Shown here: positions 1 to 12,410 of the stretch, in pieces
Position numbering within the stretch: the stretch's first letter is position 1
Layout of the letters: each line of letters opens with the position of its first letter
Source: Eledone cirrhosa
Taxonomy: Eukaryota
Direction of reading: 5' to 3'
DNA: 64,000 nucleotides
Assembly (NCBI GenBank): GCA_964016885.1
Contig: OZ024741.1
Span: forward strand, 237,460,001-237,524,000
The notes under the pieces: model-generated
What the model was told of the DNA's origin: nothing
What the model saw: the letters and a program-made list of their open reading frames with translations, nothing else
The model's database searches: none
Program-made: the position numbers and the translations under genes

Positions 1-417
1 CAATCAAACATCTAATGATGTTTCTTTTTTCTTCGATTTCAAACAGAAAGTTCAGTGTTCAAAACCCAGTGGTAGTCTGTCACAGTTGAATAATTCCTGT
101 TGGATACCAAACCAGGAGCAGCGAGTCAATGACACCAGTTCTTCTGTCTTACAGTTTTGGCAATGAAATGAAAAAACTAAACAAAAAAAAGAAGGTGAAT
201 CTACTCCTGTCAAACAGTGATAGGCAGTTCTCTTTGGACCAAAAATGATCTTTTTACCCCATCCCCGACCCCAAAATTGGACATAATAATATCACTTGTA
301 CTAAGAACTCTGATGCAAAGAGAATCAACCATATTTTCAATGTTAACTCTTATACCGGACATTAGTTTATTCCAGCCAACATAGAATATGTAGTTAATTA
401 AAAGAACTGCTAACGAC

Positions 418-479
418 GATGATGATGATGACGATGATGTTGATGATGATGATGACGATGATGGTGGTGATGATGATGG
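418..479. repeat. Imperfect (GAT)n microsatellite
   Basis: Direct run of gat units with occasional gac/ggt/gtt; source of the poly-Met ORF 419..625. Confidence 0.95.
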
Positions 480-952
480 TCAATTCCAACCTGGAATGTT
501 TCTATGCAACCCAACATTGGCCTTCATATGATGTGTATTTGTGTATATTTGTGGCCAGAAGCTTTCTCTCAAGGAATGGTATTCTCAAAACCTTCAATTC
601 TGCTTCGAATTTCAATAAAACTTAAATTAAATGCTCCTTGCCTTATAATTATTGAATTACATTGACAAAAGTGTGTTTTACCTTAATTTCTGTTGTATAT
701 TCTGTCTTATGATTTATCTTCTGTCATATATTCTGTCTTATCTGCTTTATGTTCATTCTGCTTTGTTATGTTCTATTTTATGTTGTCTTAACACTTTAGT
801 AATTGTATATCTAATGAAAAACTGCTTATTATTTTCAAATACTTTTGAAATTAATCAATAATTTTGATGGATTTTGATAGCTTAACAAAAGTTCTTACGT
901 AAAATTATGATAGGTTTTTAGATAAATATAAACACTTTTGGTATCAAAAGGG

Positions 953-1174
953 TTAACCCTTCCATGGCCATATTTCTAATGAAATGCATTTCATTTCAAT
1001 TAATAAATTTTTGGGGATTTACTTTATTTCTTTATTAAAATAGCAACTTAACACATGGTTCTTATATAAAATTATGTTGGAAGATTTTAATTCAAATAAA
1101 AACCCTTTAAAATGGGTTGTTTTGTTTTAAAGAATCAGAGCCAGTTTTGGCTGGGTTGGTATCAAAAGGATTAA
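953..1174. mobile_element. Non-autonomous TTAA-bounded (piggyBac-like) element; related copies near 8575-8800, 27551-27995, 39140-39380, 51350-51815
   Basis: Begins ttaa-ccctt and ends aaaagga-ttaa. The best copy (27551-27995) is ttaacccttt...aaagggttaa. Copies share the internal motifs atatttctaatgaaa and ggtatcaaaagg. Confidence 0.5.
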
Positions 1175-1175
1175 A

Positions 1176-1500
1176 GATCCTGCTTAAATGACCGACCTTC
1201 TCTGGATCCAATTTTTAAATATCCTAGTTCCACACCAGATCCAGCTTAAATATCCTAGTTCCACACCAGATCCAGCTTAAATATCCTAGTTCCACACCAG
1301 ATCCAGCTTAAATATCCTAGTTCCACACCAGATCCAGCTTAAATATTCTAATCCTGTTCTGGATCCAGTTTAAATACCCTTGTCTCGTTCTGAATCTAGC
1401 TTATGTATCCTAGTCTCATTCCAATTACAGTTTAGTTATTACAGTCCCACTCTAAATCTGACTTAAATTTCCCAGTCCTGATTCACACCTAATTTAAATA
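1176..1500. repeat. 31-bp minisatellite, about 10 units, homogeneous centre and decayed edges
   Basis: Unit agatccagcttaaatatcctagttccacacc; ttccacacca recurs at 1228, 1259, 1290 and 1321. Confidence 0.9.
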
Positions 1501-2519
1501 GGTGTTGGTTGGCTGGGTCTTGTTTTACTTCATTCAAGTTGTTAGGTATTGTAGAGAAAGGCATGAACATCACACAATCACACCAGTTCTAAACTTATGG
1601 CTGCATCATGCCATTGTCTGCTTATCTATGCTTGTTAAGTTTACCTGTTCACACTGGCCATTATAGGTTGGATGGGATGATCGAGTGGTCAGATGATTAA
1701 TTCTGGCCTTCAGTCCTCAGCTTATCTGAGAGGTCAGTGGCTCTGCTTGAATACTAACTTTGTCTGTGATCCAGCCCCTATTAGCAGGGAAAATAGATGG
1801 TAAAGAATAATGAACACGATCAGCTTATAAGTAAAATTTGAGTTGGAAGAGGTACAAAAATACATTATCTGACTTCTAACAATTCCACTAATCCTCCACT
1901 TTGAATTGGTATTTTATTTATCGAATACCAAAAGGATCATATGTAAAGTTCATCTTGGCAGGATTTGAATTTTTATCTTACATTTAGAATTTAGATTGAG
2001 ATAATTGGATAATATAAAGAATACAATTAGATTCAGATAAGATTTAGTTGATTAGACTGTTGTAATATGTCTGATAATTAAGGCTATGTGATATAGCTAA
2101 TAAATAGGTCTCACTTGAGATAAACATAATAAAAAAAAATTTTAATCAGCCATATTAGTGGTGCCATGTGGAGAGAAAGATAAATGATACGTTTGACTGT
2201 TACTAACATAATAGTCATCTTGCAAAGATGACTTAGAGGTGGTAAATACAACAAGGTTTCCAGATTCCAGCAATAACATAATGAAGTCATGAAATATTGA
2301 TTTCTTACATCAGAATGATACAAACCGTCGGGGAGGTATACAGTCTCTTCGACTGACCCTCTTTATATTACTGTTACTTATATATCATTGACCCCAGAAG
2401 AATGGAAAGCAAAGTTAATGGGAATATTTGAAATCAAAATATAAAGGAATTTATAGAGGATGTTCAGAAAGCCACTGCACAAGGACTTTCTGAGATGCTG
2501 TATGTGATGTGTGTGTGTG

Positions 2520-2551
<32 letters not shown>

Positions 2552-2553
<2 letters not shown>

Positions 2554-2888
2554 CGCAGTAATACAGAAGACCCAACCCCCCATGGGTACAAGCCAAAGCT
2601 GAAGCATATAGACAATAGGCTCCCACTGCAAAGTGGTCATGGAGTGCCACGGCAAAAAAGCACCCAGCCCACACTGTAAAGTGGACGTGTAGGCACCACG
2701 GGAAAAAAGCACCCAGCACTCACTGTAAATAAGGTTGGTGTTAGGAAGGGCATCCAGCTGTAGAAATCAAGCTAGAATCAGTTCCCGTATGAGGAAGACA
2801 TGGTCAGCCGACCAGGCACTGCCCACAACAGAACAACCCGTCTAACCCATGCTAGCGTGGAAGAATGGACGTAAAATGATGATGATGA
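2552..2888 (+). mobile_element. 3' end of an RTE-type LINE, or RTE-tailed element, ending in (GAT)n
   Basis: Nearly identical to 34390-34743, where it directly follows RTE C-terminal coding sequence. Many older copies (6850-7020, 7860-8050, 9165-9460, 52095-52310, 54220-54900). Confidence 0.75.
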
Positions 2889-2906
2889 TATATATATATA
2901 TATATA

Positions 2907-3512
2907 TGGTGGCTGCCAACTCGTTTTCGAGTATGGCCACTACTTTATATCCATGTAGGAGAACTCCTACCAATGCGCTGAACGAGTGTGACTTTTTAGT
3001 CCAGCCAGCGACTTGAAAACTCTGGTACAAACACTACACTTGTGACAATTATTGACACATAGTGCTGGGCCCATGGTACCATGTGACGACAAGTGCAGAG
3101 AGATCTCCAGATATAAAGCAATGCTTGTGCCGTGAAGCTTTTATAGTGAGCAAAGGCACTGCACAAAACCAGTCCCACTCTCTTAACCAAGATGATATTT
3201 ACCAAAAAGAAGAACAAGTCAACATCATTGGATACCATCAGAGTTGCAGGTCTTATATCAGAGTTTTCCTTCTAGAATTCTGCCTTGACAAAGGCTAAGG
3301 GGTCATCTCTCCCGGTGATTTTGGATGGCCATTGACTCTTAAGAGCTCCTTTGCCCTTTGACAGGTTTTGTTTTTAGTCTTGCAAGATGTCCAAAGTCAC
3401 CCTCCTCACCAAGAAACCTTGGTGGGGTTGCCAGTTTAGTCGCCAACGACCTGACCATGAGACAGGTTGTACTGGGATACATGTTACCAGTAGCACCAAC
3501 TGGTGACCTGAC
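2907..3512 (-). mobile_element. 5' region and start of the APE endonuclease of an RTE-type LINE (decayed)
   Basis: Minus-strand peptide SALVGVLLHGYKVVAILENELAA resembles the RTE N-terminal motif TALVxRELxRYxVDIAALSETRLA; flanked by (TA)n on both sides. Confidence 0.55.
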
Positions 3513-3571
3513 ATATATATATATATACATATGTATGTATATATATATATATATATATATATACATACATA

Positions 3572-3839
3572 CAGTGGAACCTCTGTTCACAAATATATTT
3601 TGTTTCTGAAGGCTGTTCATCATACAAAATGTTGAGAGAGAGACTGTGCTGTGTGAAAGACAGATAGATATAACCATAGTAGCTAACTACACAGCAAGTG
3701 ACACTTTCCTGCCGAGACTCCTAACTTGCCAACACATGTTGTTGGCTTGCATGTCCATTACTTGAGACACCGTCAACCAAGATGTTTTATGTTCAGAAAA
3801 ATTGTTCATGAGAGGCATTTGTGAACTAAGGTTTCACTA
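3572..3839. mobile_element. pogo/Tigger-type MITE
   Basis: Imperfect terminal inverted repeats cagtggaacctctgttcacaaat / atttgtgaactaaggtttcacta, flanked by TA. Confidence 0.7.
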
Positions 3840-4237
3840 TATATATATATATGAGGTGTATATGAAGGCATATATGATATGTGTATATATAATAAATATA
3901 TGTCTTACAATGACTGGATAAAAACACAAATGTAACAGTAGGAAATCTGGAGAAAAACATTTCAAACATCAGAATCACATTATGGTAACTAAAAAAAAAA
4001 CTATATTAAAAATGGAGCTTAAGTGAAATTCTTGCCATTTCATTATATTTCTCTTGTTGTTTATAACAAATAAAATTTCTTCATTATTATTGTCTAATGT
4101 ACAATATCCTGGATTGTTTTATTTCTGATTCCATATGGATTACGCCTTAGCTAAATTGATTAATTTTCATTACTGATTGTTGAACTACATTAAGCTTGAA
4201 AATTTGTTGGCATGATCTTTCAACCTTTTTACTCTTG

Positions 4238-4269
<32 letters not shown>

Positions 4270-4726
4270 CAAGAGTTGATCGACAAGATCCCAGACCTCA
4301 TTCACTTAATGAGTCGGGTGGAGTGAGGAAACAATCTTTCCATTGGTCTTTCCAATTGCTAATACTATCTATCGGCTGCAAATCCAGGTAGATGGAGCAA
4401 CATGAAATAAAGTGTCTTGCTCAAGGACATAACATATTGCCCGGTCAAGGAATTGAACTCACAACCTTTCAATTGCTAATCCAATTCTCTAACCACTCAG
4501 CCACGAACCTTCTCTCTCTCTCTTATATATATAATGTAATATGTACTAATAAATGTATATGGGTGTGTAAATATATGTACATACATTGCATCATCAGCAT
4601 TATTAATAATAATAATTGTTTCTACTTTTTGGCACAAGGCCAGCAATTACCCAGTACATTACTGGTACTTTATTTTATCGACCTCCGTAAGGATGAAAGG
4701 CAAAGTTAACCTCGGCGTGATTTGGA

Positions 4727-5000
4727 ATAATAATAATGAATTTTTTGTGTACAATGCTCAGGTGCACTACAACTCATCAAAGGTGCATGTAGAGTACATA
4801 GAATAATATACAAATGTCAGGGAAGTGAATAGTGTATGAGTCAGGAAATACATGTGCGTGTGTATGGAGGGGGCACATCAGGTGCAGTGTTGGCGAATCT
4901 CAGGAAGCATGGAGGTTTTAAAGGATGCAGTGTCTCGACAGCTAACAACTGATGCAGGTAGTTTGTTCCATGCTTCAGCAACTCTGAGTGGGAAAAAATA
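4727..5000 (-). mobile_element. CR1-group LINE 3' fragment
   Basis: Matches the 3' parts of 7080-7693 and 28165-28575; (ATT)n tail. Confidence 0.8.
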
Positions 5001-5185
5001 GATGTCAAACGATGATGATGTTACGTATACATGTATATTTCTCTGTCGTGGTCTCTATATAGAGAGAGAGGGGAAAACTACACCTCACACTCCGCCTACT
5101 CCTCTCTAAATAAAACGTAACGTCGGAATGAATGAAAATAGTTTTTTGGGTTGTTTCAACACAGACTTTAAAAAAAACTTTTACT

Positions 5186-5396
5186 ATAATTGTTTCTACA
5201 TTTGGCACAAGGCCAGCAATTATGCCAGTGTATTACTGGTACTTTATTTTATCGACACCCCCCCCCCCCCCCCCCCCCGTAAGGATGAAAGGCAAAGTTA
5301 ACCTCGGCGGGATTTGAACTCAGTCCGTAAAGGGACGTAACTGTGCTGTAAAACACGGCGTCCGACCCTCTACCGATACTGCCAATCCACCGCCCT
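5186..5396 (-). mobile_element. Young tRNA-derived SINE (family 1) with 14-bp target-site duplication
   Basis: B-box-like gagttcaaatc, central ctttgcctttcatccttacggggtcgataaaataaagtaccag domain (Meta/MESC-like by recollection). TSD acttttactataat at 5177-5190 and 5400-5413. Confidence 0.85.
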
Positions 5397-5562
5397 TATA
5401 CTTTTACTATAATGAGAGGTTGTTGTTATTATTGAGAGAGGGAGAGAGCGTGTGTGTGAAAGAAAACTCAGGAATTTTATATGCAAGTCTGTCAAGGTGT
5501 GGGGAAAAAGTATGTATATTTCTATATGCCTTAAGGAAAATCCGGGCTACAACTAGTAATGA

Positions 5563-5965
5563 TAATAATTGTTTCTAGTACAGGCACAAGGCCAGTAATT
5601 TGGAGGGAGGGGAAAGTCGATTAAATTGACCCCTGTACATGACTGGTACTTTATTTTATCGACCCCGTAAGGATGAAAGGCAAAGTTAACCTCAGCGGGA
5701 TTTGAACTAAAATCATAAAGGGGTGTAACCCTATGCCATAAAGCATGTCCAATGCTCTACTGATTCTGCCAATCCATTGCCCTAGTAACGATAATTGTTT
5801 CTACTTTAGGCACAAGGCCAGCAATTACCCAGTACATTACTGGTACTTTATTTTATCGACCCCGTAAGGATGAAAGGCAAAGTTAACCTCGGCGGGATTT
5901 GAACTCAGACTGTAAAGGGACGTAACTATGCTAGAAAACATGGCGTCCAACCCTCTACATTGCCC
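5563..5965 (-). mobile_element. Two tandem copies of SINE family 1
   Basis: Two consecutive matches to the 5186-5396 consensus. Confidence 0.8.
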
Positions 5966-6680
5966 TAGTAATGATAATAATAATAATAATGGAGTATGAA
6001 AGAAAGTGTGAAGAAGACATCATTTTTAAGTAGGAGTTCATATCGGTATTTGTGCAATAGTCTGTATCACAGTTGTGGACCTGGTCCATTGTCATCCCTT
6101 CAGGCTGGTGTATTGTTGATCCTCATGGTCCGTGCACATGCGAGCCTGGTGAAAAGATGGGCCTGCCGGTACAAACAGATCATTATAACCTCAGACTGAG
6201 CTGATTCCACTGTCTTTCAATTTTAAGATCTTCATACACTCTGATAACAGAGCTGGCACTCCCTACTGCTCAACACATATGGAGGCACATATTTTAGGAT
6301 TTTCACTTCAGTTTAAAGCTTCGATTTTTGTCCTTAAGCCACCATACACACATAACCAGACTTGTGGGACTGCTTGTTCCTGTGTTTAAAAGAGCACGTG
6401 ATTGTAATACCGAGATTTAAACCTGTGTTAGCAGTGATTGGTCAATACCCATTTAGCTGTGTACATTGTTTGGGATGAGATTTTGGTTTTGCTTCATTAA
6501 CAAATCTGATGAGCAGATTGTGCTGGAGTCAGGTCTATAACATTAACATGAAACCTGAGCCATCCATCTGTGAAACAGTCATAACTGTGCATAATCAATA
6601 AAGACCTTAATGTGAAACCTTGTTTCCTTCTTAATACATATGCATATATATATATATGTGTGTAATATATATATGCATAT

Positions 6681-6825
6681 GGAGGCACATGGCTTAGTGG
6701 TTAGAGCATTGGCCTTGCAATCGAAAGGTTGTGAGTTCAATTCTCAGACCGGGTGATGTGTTGTTTCCTTGAGCAAGACACTTTATTTCACATTGCTCCA
6801 GTTTACTCAGCTGTAGAAATGAGAT
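6681..6825 (+). mobile_element. tRNA-derived SINE family 2 (CORE-like); other copies at 4370-4505, 11100-11330, 25280-25620, 48125-48430
   Basis: A box tggcttagtgg, B box gagttcaattc, then ccttgagcaagacactttatttcacattgctccag. Confidence 0.75.
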
Positions 6826-7079
6826 GATAGGGACTGGGGTCCCTATCATTCCACTGCAAAGTGGTCGTGGAGGTGCCACGGCAAAAAAGCACCCAGCACT
6901 CACTGTAAATGAGGTTGGTGTTAGGAAGGGCATCCAGCTGTAAAAATCAAGCCAGAATCAGTTCCCGTCCCACCCTTGCAAGCAGGGAAAAAGCGGACGT
7001 AAAATGAAATGATGATGATAATGATTATTAAGAAGGAAACGAAGTTTCACATTAAGGTATATATATATATATATATATA

Positions 7080-7693
7080 CTGTTGTACACAGCAAGACCT
7101 TTGTCAGCCGCTCTCCAGCTATCTATTTAAGGCTGTACATGGCTATGGTGCGGCCACACTTAGAATTTGCATCACCAGTCTGGAACCCCTATCTTGCTCA
7201 GAACATTGACCGCCTGGAAACTGTTCAGAGACGTGCAACCAAGCGAATACCCTCCATCAGGCATCTACCATACTCTGAACGCCTTGCTTCCCTGGGCATG
7301 GATACATTGAAGCTCCGACGCCTGGCAACTGACTTCGTAAACACCCACAAAATTGTTAACCATCTTGCCAACAACAACCCTGAGTACCTTTTTGATTTCC
7401 ATGTGTCTAACACACGTGGACATGTCCACAAAGTCAGAAAACAGCACAGTTCCCATGACTTTCGGAAACATTTTTTTACGCTCAGAGTTGCTGAAGCATG
7501 GAACTACCTGCATCAGTTGTTAGCTGTCGACACACTGCATCCTTTAGAACCTCCATACACACGCACATATCATGACTCATACACTATTCACTTCCCTGAC
7601 ATTTGTATATTATTCTATGTACTATACATGCACCCTTGACGAGTTGTAGTCACCTGAGCACTTTACACAATAACTTCATTTCATTATTATCAT
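7080..7693 (+). mobile_element. 5'-truncated CR1-group LINE (RT C-terminus plus 3' UTR)
   Basis: ORF 7139..7639 contains MVRPHLEFASPVWNP, LETVQRRATKRI, YSERL, NTRGH and RKHFFTLRVAEAWN, typical CR1-group C-terminal motifs. Confidence 0.9.
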
Positions 7694-8068
7694 TTCGTAT
7701 ATCCTAGGGTAAGAGCACTCAGTCCATAGGACAAATTAAGTTAAAGGATGATATATATATATATACACACACACAAATATATATAACTGCATAATACAAA
7801 GTCATACTCGATTGTGAGTGACAGCTATAGTTTTATGTTCCACCCTGTTTGTCCTTTTGGTGCCACGATAAAAAGCACCCAGTCTACATTACTATGTAGT
7901 TGGCATTAAGAAGAGCATCCAGCCATAGAAACCAAACTCCAAACAGATCTATGAGCATGACATGGTCACCTGACCTGACTTGTCTCATAATGTGACAACC
8001 TGTCTAACCCATGAAAGCATGAAAAATAGATGTTAAATGATGATGATGATACACACACATATATATAT

Positions 8069-8289
8069 GAGTCCCAGGTTCAATTGGGATCACCACAGTA
8101 AGTAAGGTACTCAATACATTAGTAGTGTGTATACAACAAATTTAATATAGAAATGGCTTCTACAGGACTAGAACTGTTTCATTCGAAGGAATTCACCATC
8201 ATATTACAATGCCAGTTGGCTTTCCTGATGTTTTTCATTGAATGAAATAGTTCTAGTCCTGTAGAAGCCATTTCTATATTAAATTTGTT
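8069..8289. mobile_element. Foldback mini-element A with degenerate hammerhead
   Basis: 50-bp inverted arms at 8135-8184 and 8240-8289 (1 mismatch), 66-nt tail on the left arm, TA repeats on both sides. Confidence 0.75.
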
Positions 8290-11200
8290 ATATATATATA
8301 TATATGAATTTTTGAACACTGTATATATCTAAATACTTGCTAGCAGTTTCACCTTCCCAGAGTTAAAAAGATAAGTATGAGTTATGTACTGAAGTTTCAT
8401 TTAATTGACTGTTCCTTCCCACCTTACTAAATTTCTTGCCTTGTAGAAATGTCAAATTGGTAAAAATGGGATGTTTTCACATCCCAAAACGGTGATGGTA
8501 GAGGAATTGAATGGCCAAATGAGATTTTAATTTAAATATGAACATTCTAGTACAAGTTGATATCAAAAGGATTAACCCTTTTAAAACCAAATCATGCCTG
8601 GTTCTGATACAAAGCTGTTTATGTTGAGTTGTTAATCATTTTAAAAACTTTCCATCTTAATTTTATTTAAAAGACTTTATTATGTTCCAAACACCACCTT
8701 AATAATGAGATAGTTATATTAAGAATTCCCTTCAAATTCTTGGTTATTTCCAAAATGATTTGAAAATTATAGGCAGTGGCTTTTATTAGAAATATAACAA
8801 TATAGTTATTGTGTAGGAAGGAAGATGTTGAACTGTTATTTTTTTCTGCATTATTCCAATAAAACTAAGTATCAGTCAAGCACTGGCAATCAAATCAACT
8901 ATGTTCTCATAAATTAGTAGCCTTGTGTCAATGTTAGATGCATATATTTTATAACATCTTTTTATGTTCTGAATTCAAATCCTGTAGTGATTAACTTTAT
9001 TTCATTCTTCCTGAGTTTATTAAAGAAGTATAAGTAATGTAATTTGGGTCAGTTCAATCAACTATATCAGAGCTTGGCAACAGATGAAACACAGACCACA
9101 TGTGGGTCATTAGTGTTCTCTCTGGGCCTCAGACCATTGCAAATTTTTATATGTAAGATATAATAGCCCACTCTGTAAAGTGGTAGTCTGGTGCCATGAT
9201 AAAAAGCACCCAGTCCACTCTGTAATGTAATAGTGCTGGTAGTGATGGTGTCACAATAAAAAGACCCCCAATCCCTTCTTTAAGGTGTTAGTGCAGGTAT
9301 CATGAAAAATGCTCCAAGTACTTGCTGTAATGGCATTTGGAAGAACACCCAGCCATAGATATCAAGTCAAAAACAGAACATATGAGCAAGACATCATCAT
9401 CTGAACTAACAACCTATCTAATCCATGCAAGCAAGGAAAATAGACATTAAACAGTGATGATATGGGTCACTACCAAAACTTAAAAGATTCACAAATGAGC
9501 TATTACAAAATGATGTTACTGATCCTTTCCTTTACATAAACGTTACCTTGTACCAAAGTTAGAAGCTATTGTTACAGAAAGTGCCATGAAAGAGTTAATA
9601 AGGAGGCTGTACCAAATTGTAGCAGTGTATTTTATTTATCAGATATGGTCGAAGTACATTGTAGTTAATAAAACTTAATTTCAGCTGTTTCCATATTTTA
9701 TGAATAGACAGCTACTATCATCAGACATTTTACATGTATGGTAGCACAGAAAGACCATTTTTTACTGGTACGGAAGCACTGGGAGGGGGTTATAATTTTA
9801 TGGCATAGTAGCAAAGAGGATTTGCCTTCTACGGGTATATTAGCACATAGGAACCATCATTTTAATTGTTCAGAAGCACAGAGGGATTATCTTTTACTGG
9901 TGTGGTGGTGCATAGGGATTATATTCTACTGGTTGTTGTTTAGCCACCCAGTCAGTCATGGTTGATTAGAACTATATTATGTAGTTAGTGTGATACACAG
10001 ATCTACTGTTCCCGATATTCATCTGGTTGTGTACACAATACACACTCTCAAACAGTGTTTTATTGCATGGTGAAGCAATGTTGCAATCCAGATCATGTTA
10101 TATTTTTTCAAATAAGTTTGTTCCTCTAAGCCTGTTGTAGTTTAGCCCCATAGCAACTTTGATTGAGCAGACATATGACCAAAGGCATTCCAGCCACAAC
10201 CATCCCATCATTTTAGGGGCATATAGGACTACATTATTTAGTATGTTCTGTTGTTATACAAAACACAAAAACAGTATAGTGTGATCTGAGGGTGATGCAG
10301 CTGCTATTTCTGGCATCTAAATCTAGTGGAGATTTCACATGGAGGTTCTCTTGTTGGTAATGTCTTGAGGGAGTTACAATATAGTCAGGCTAGGTGGTCT
10401 TAGTTGGAGCACATCAGTTGTTGTGCTTCTGTATTTATACCAGTACAGAAGTTATTGAGGTACAATGTCTATGATTGTGTTGTAGTGTATATCCTAGTGC
10501 AGAGGTTACTGAGGTACAGTATATCTCAGGACAGAGATTATTGAGGTAGTGTCTATGATTGCATTGTACTGTATATTAGTGCAGAAGTTAGAGAGGCACA
10601 GTTGCTGTCTATGGGAGGTACTGTATATCTCAGTATAAAGGTTATTGAGGTTCTGCGATGTGATCTATTGTATATCCCAGTACAGAGGTTACTGCTATAT
10701 GTGTCTTTTAGGTTTGTCTGGGAAAGATATCATTCTTATGGTCGTTTTGTAGATATGTCTGGATATTTATGTGTGTTTGTGTCTGTAGTAGCAGAGACTG
10801 TGAAGGTTAGAGCTTTGCAATAACAAACTGTGCTCCTCGCACTTCAGGGTAGTTTATGTGTACCCTAAGGTGGCAAATTGGCAGAGTTGTTAGAATGTCA
10901 AATGGAATGCTTCACGGCATTCGTCAGGCTCTCTGCGTTCAAACCCCTTTTGTGTTCTTTTTAGATTGTTGTGGAGATTGAAGGTACTTAAGCAGAACAG
11001 ATACAATCCATGATGGACTTAATATATTGTTTTTATTTTATTTTATTTTATGTTGTTACTGGACCTCTTTCAGTTCTGATGTGTTAGAGTTGTTCAAACA
11101 ACGGAAAGCCTACTCATGAAATTAATGTGCAAGTGGCTGAGCATTCCATGGACATGTATACCCTTAACATAATTTTCAGGGAGATACAGCATGTGATAAC

Positions 11201-11479
11201 TGGTATAACTCATTTTTGCTAGCTGAGTAGACTGGAGCAACATGAAATAAAATGTCTTGCTCAAGTACACAATGCACCAACGGGAATCAAATTCACAACC
11301 TTATGATGTGAGCCAAACACCCTAACCATCATTTTTTAAATATTGATTATATGTTATGCTTATGTGTGCGCTAAATGTGCTTGTTTATCATTTGACTTTC
11401 TTTGGTATATCTTCTATATTTCTGTGAATGGTAGCCCATGCCAGCATGGAAAAACAGACATAAAATGATGATGTTGTTT

Positions 11480-11551
11480 TATCTGATAGTTGGTTGTATC
11501 TAATTTACATTAGTATTGTTAATAAGAAATCAGAAGGTTTCTTTAATATAT

Positions 11552-11582
<31 letters not shown>

Positions 11583-12410
11583 GGGGGTTCTATTTGTTTG
11601 GAGCCAGTTTTTTATGTGATTGATGTATGGTTGGAGTAGTTGTGTAGTTTTGTTTAGAAAATTGGTAGGATGATTCATCTGTAATATCATCTACATATTT
11701 GACTGTTTATGTTTTGTGAAAGTGTGGGGAGGTTATGTAGGTTTAAATTAAATATAGTGGATGTGAGGACAGTTCCTTGTAGTACACCATGTGGAAAATT
11801 GTAAATTCGGAATGTGTTGTTATTGTAGTCTACAAAAGGCCTAAGAGTGTTGTTATTGAACAGTATATAGGATTAGTAACCTGAGAAATAGTTTTCCAAC
11901 CACCACTTGGCGTTTCAGAGATGGAGGAGGCGGGTGTCAAATGTTTTGATGATGCCAACAGTAATTATAATTGTACACTTAAGGATTTTGTAGTTGAAAC
12001 ACTCATGTAAACTTTTTGTGAGTAATGTGGTTATTGAGTGAAGTTGTCTGAATTGATGTTGTTAGTTGGAAAGAAAATATTGGTGAGGTCAAAGATGAAT
12101 CTTACTAAGGTTTTTAACATTATGCATAGAAGATATGATGCTGCTTGAGTTGGGGTTTAGTTTGGTTTCAGAATTGTAATAATTATAATATGAGGGTTTG
12201 CCAATGTTGATGTGATTAATTGTAGATGTTGGTTGGTGCAATAATCCCTTCAACCTTCTGGTGTAGGCTTGTGAATTTGTTGGGTCCTGAAGCTTTTGAG
12301 GTTTTGCACTTCCTAATTATTTTCTTGGTACCTGGTGGAAGGAATGGGTCAAAATCATGGTCTATGTGGAAGGTGTGTATGTTGGAGCCTCTATGTAGTA
12401 GCTCAATTTG
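11480..12410 (-). mobile_element. Old LINE reverse-transcriptase relic
   Basis: Minus-strand remnants GIIKTFD, GVLQGTVL and YVDDI match RT motifs DxxKAFD, GVPQGSVL and YADD; many disruptions. Confidence 0.6.

Noticed and set aside
1-260. Possible minus-strand exon of a neighbouring gene (acceptor-like tgtttgacag near 207)
   Set aside because: No ORF or other support inside the window.
419-625. Poly-Met ORF
   Set aside because: Translation of a (GAT)n microsatellite.
9700-10700. Degenerate ~33-bp and ~25-55-bp tandem motifs (also 12520-12670)
   Set aside because: Old eroded minisatellites with no structural or coding signal.
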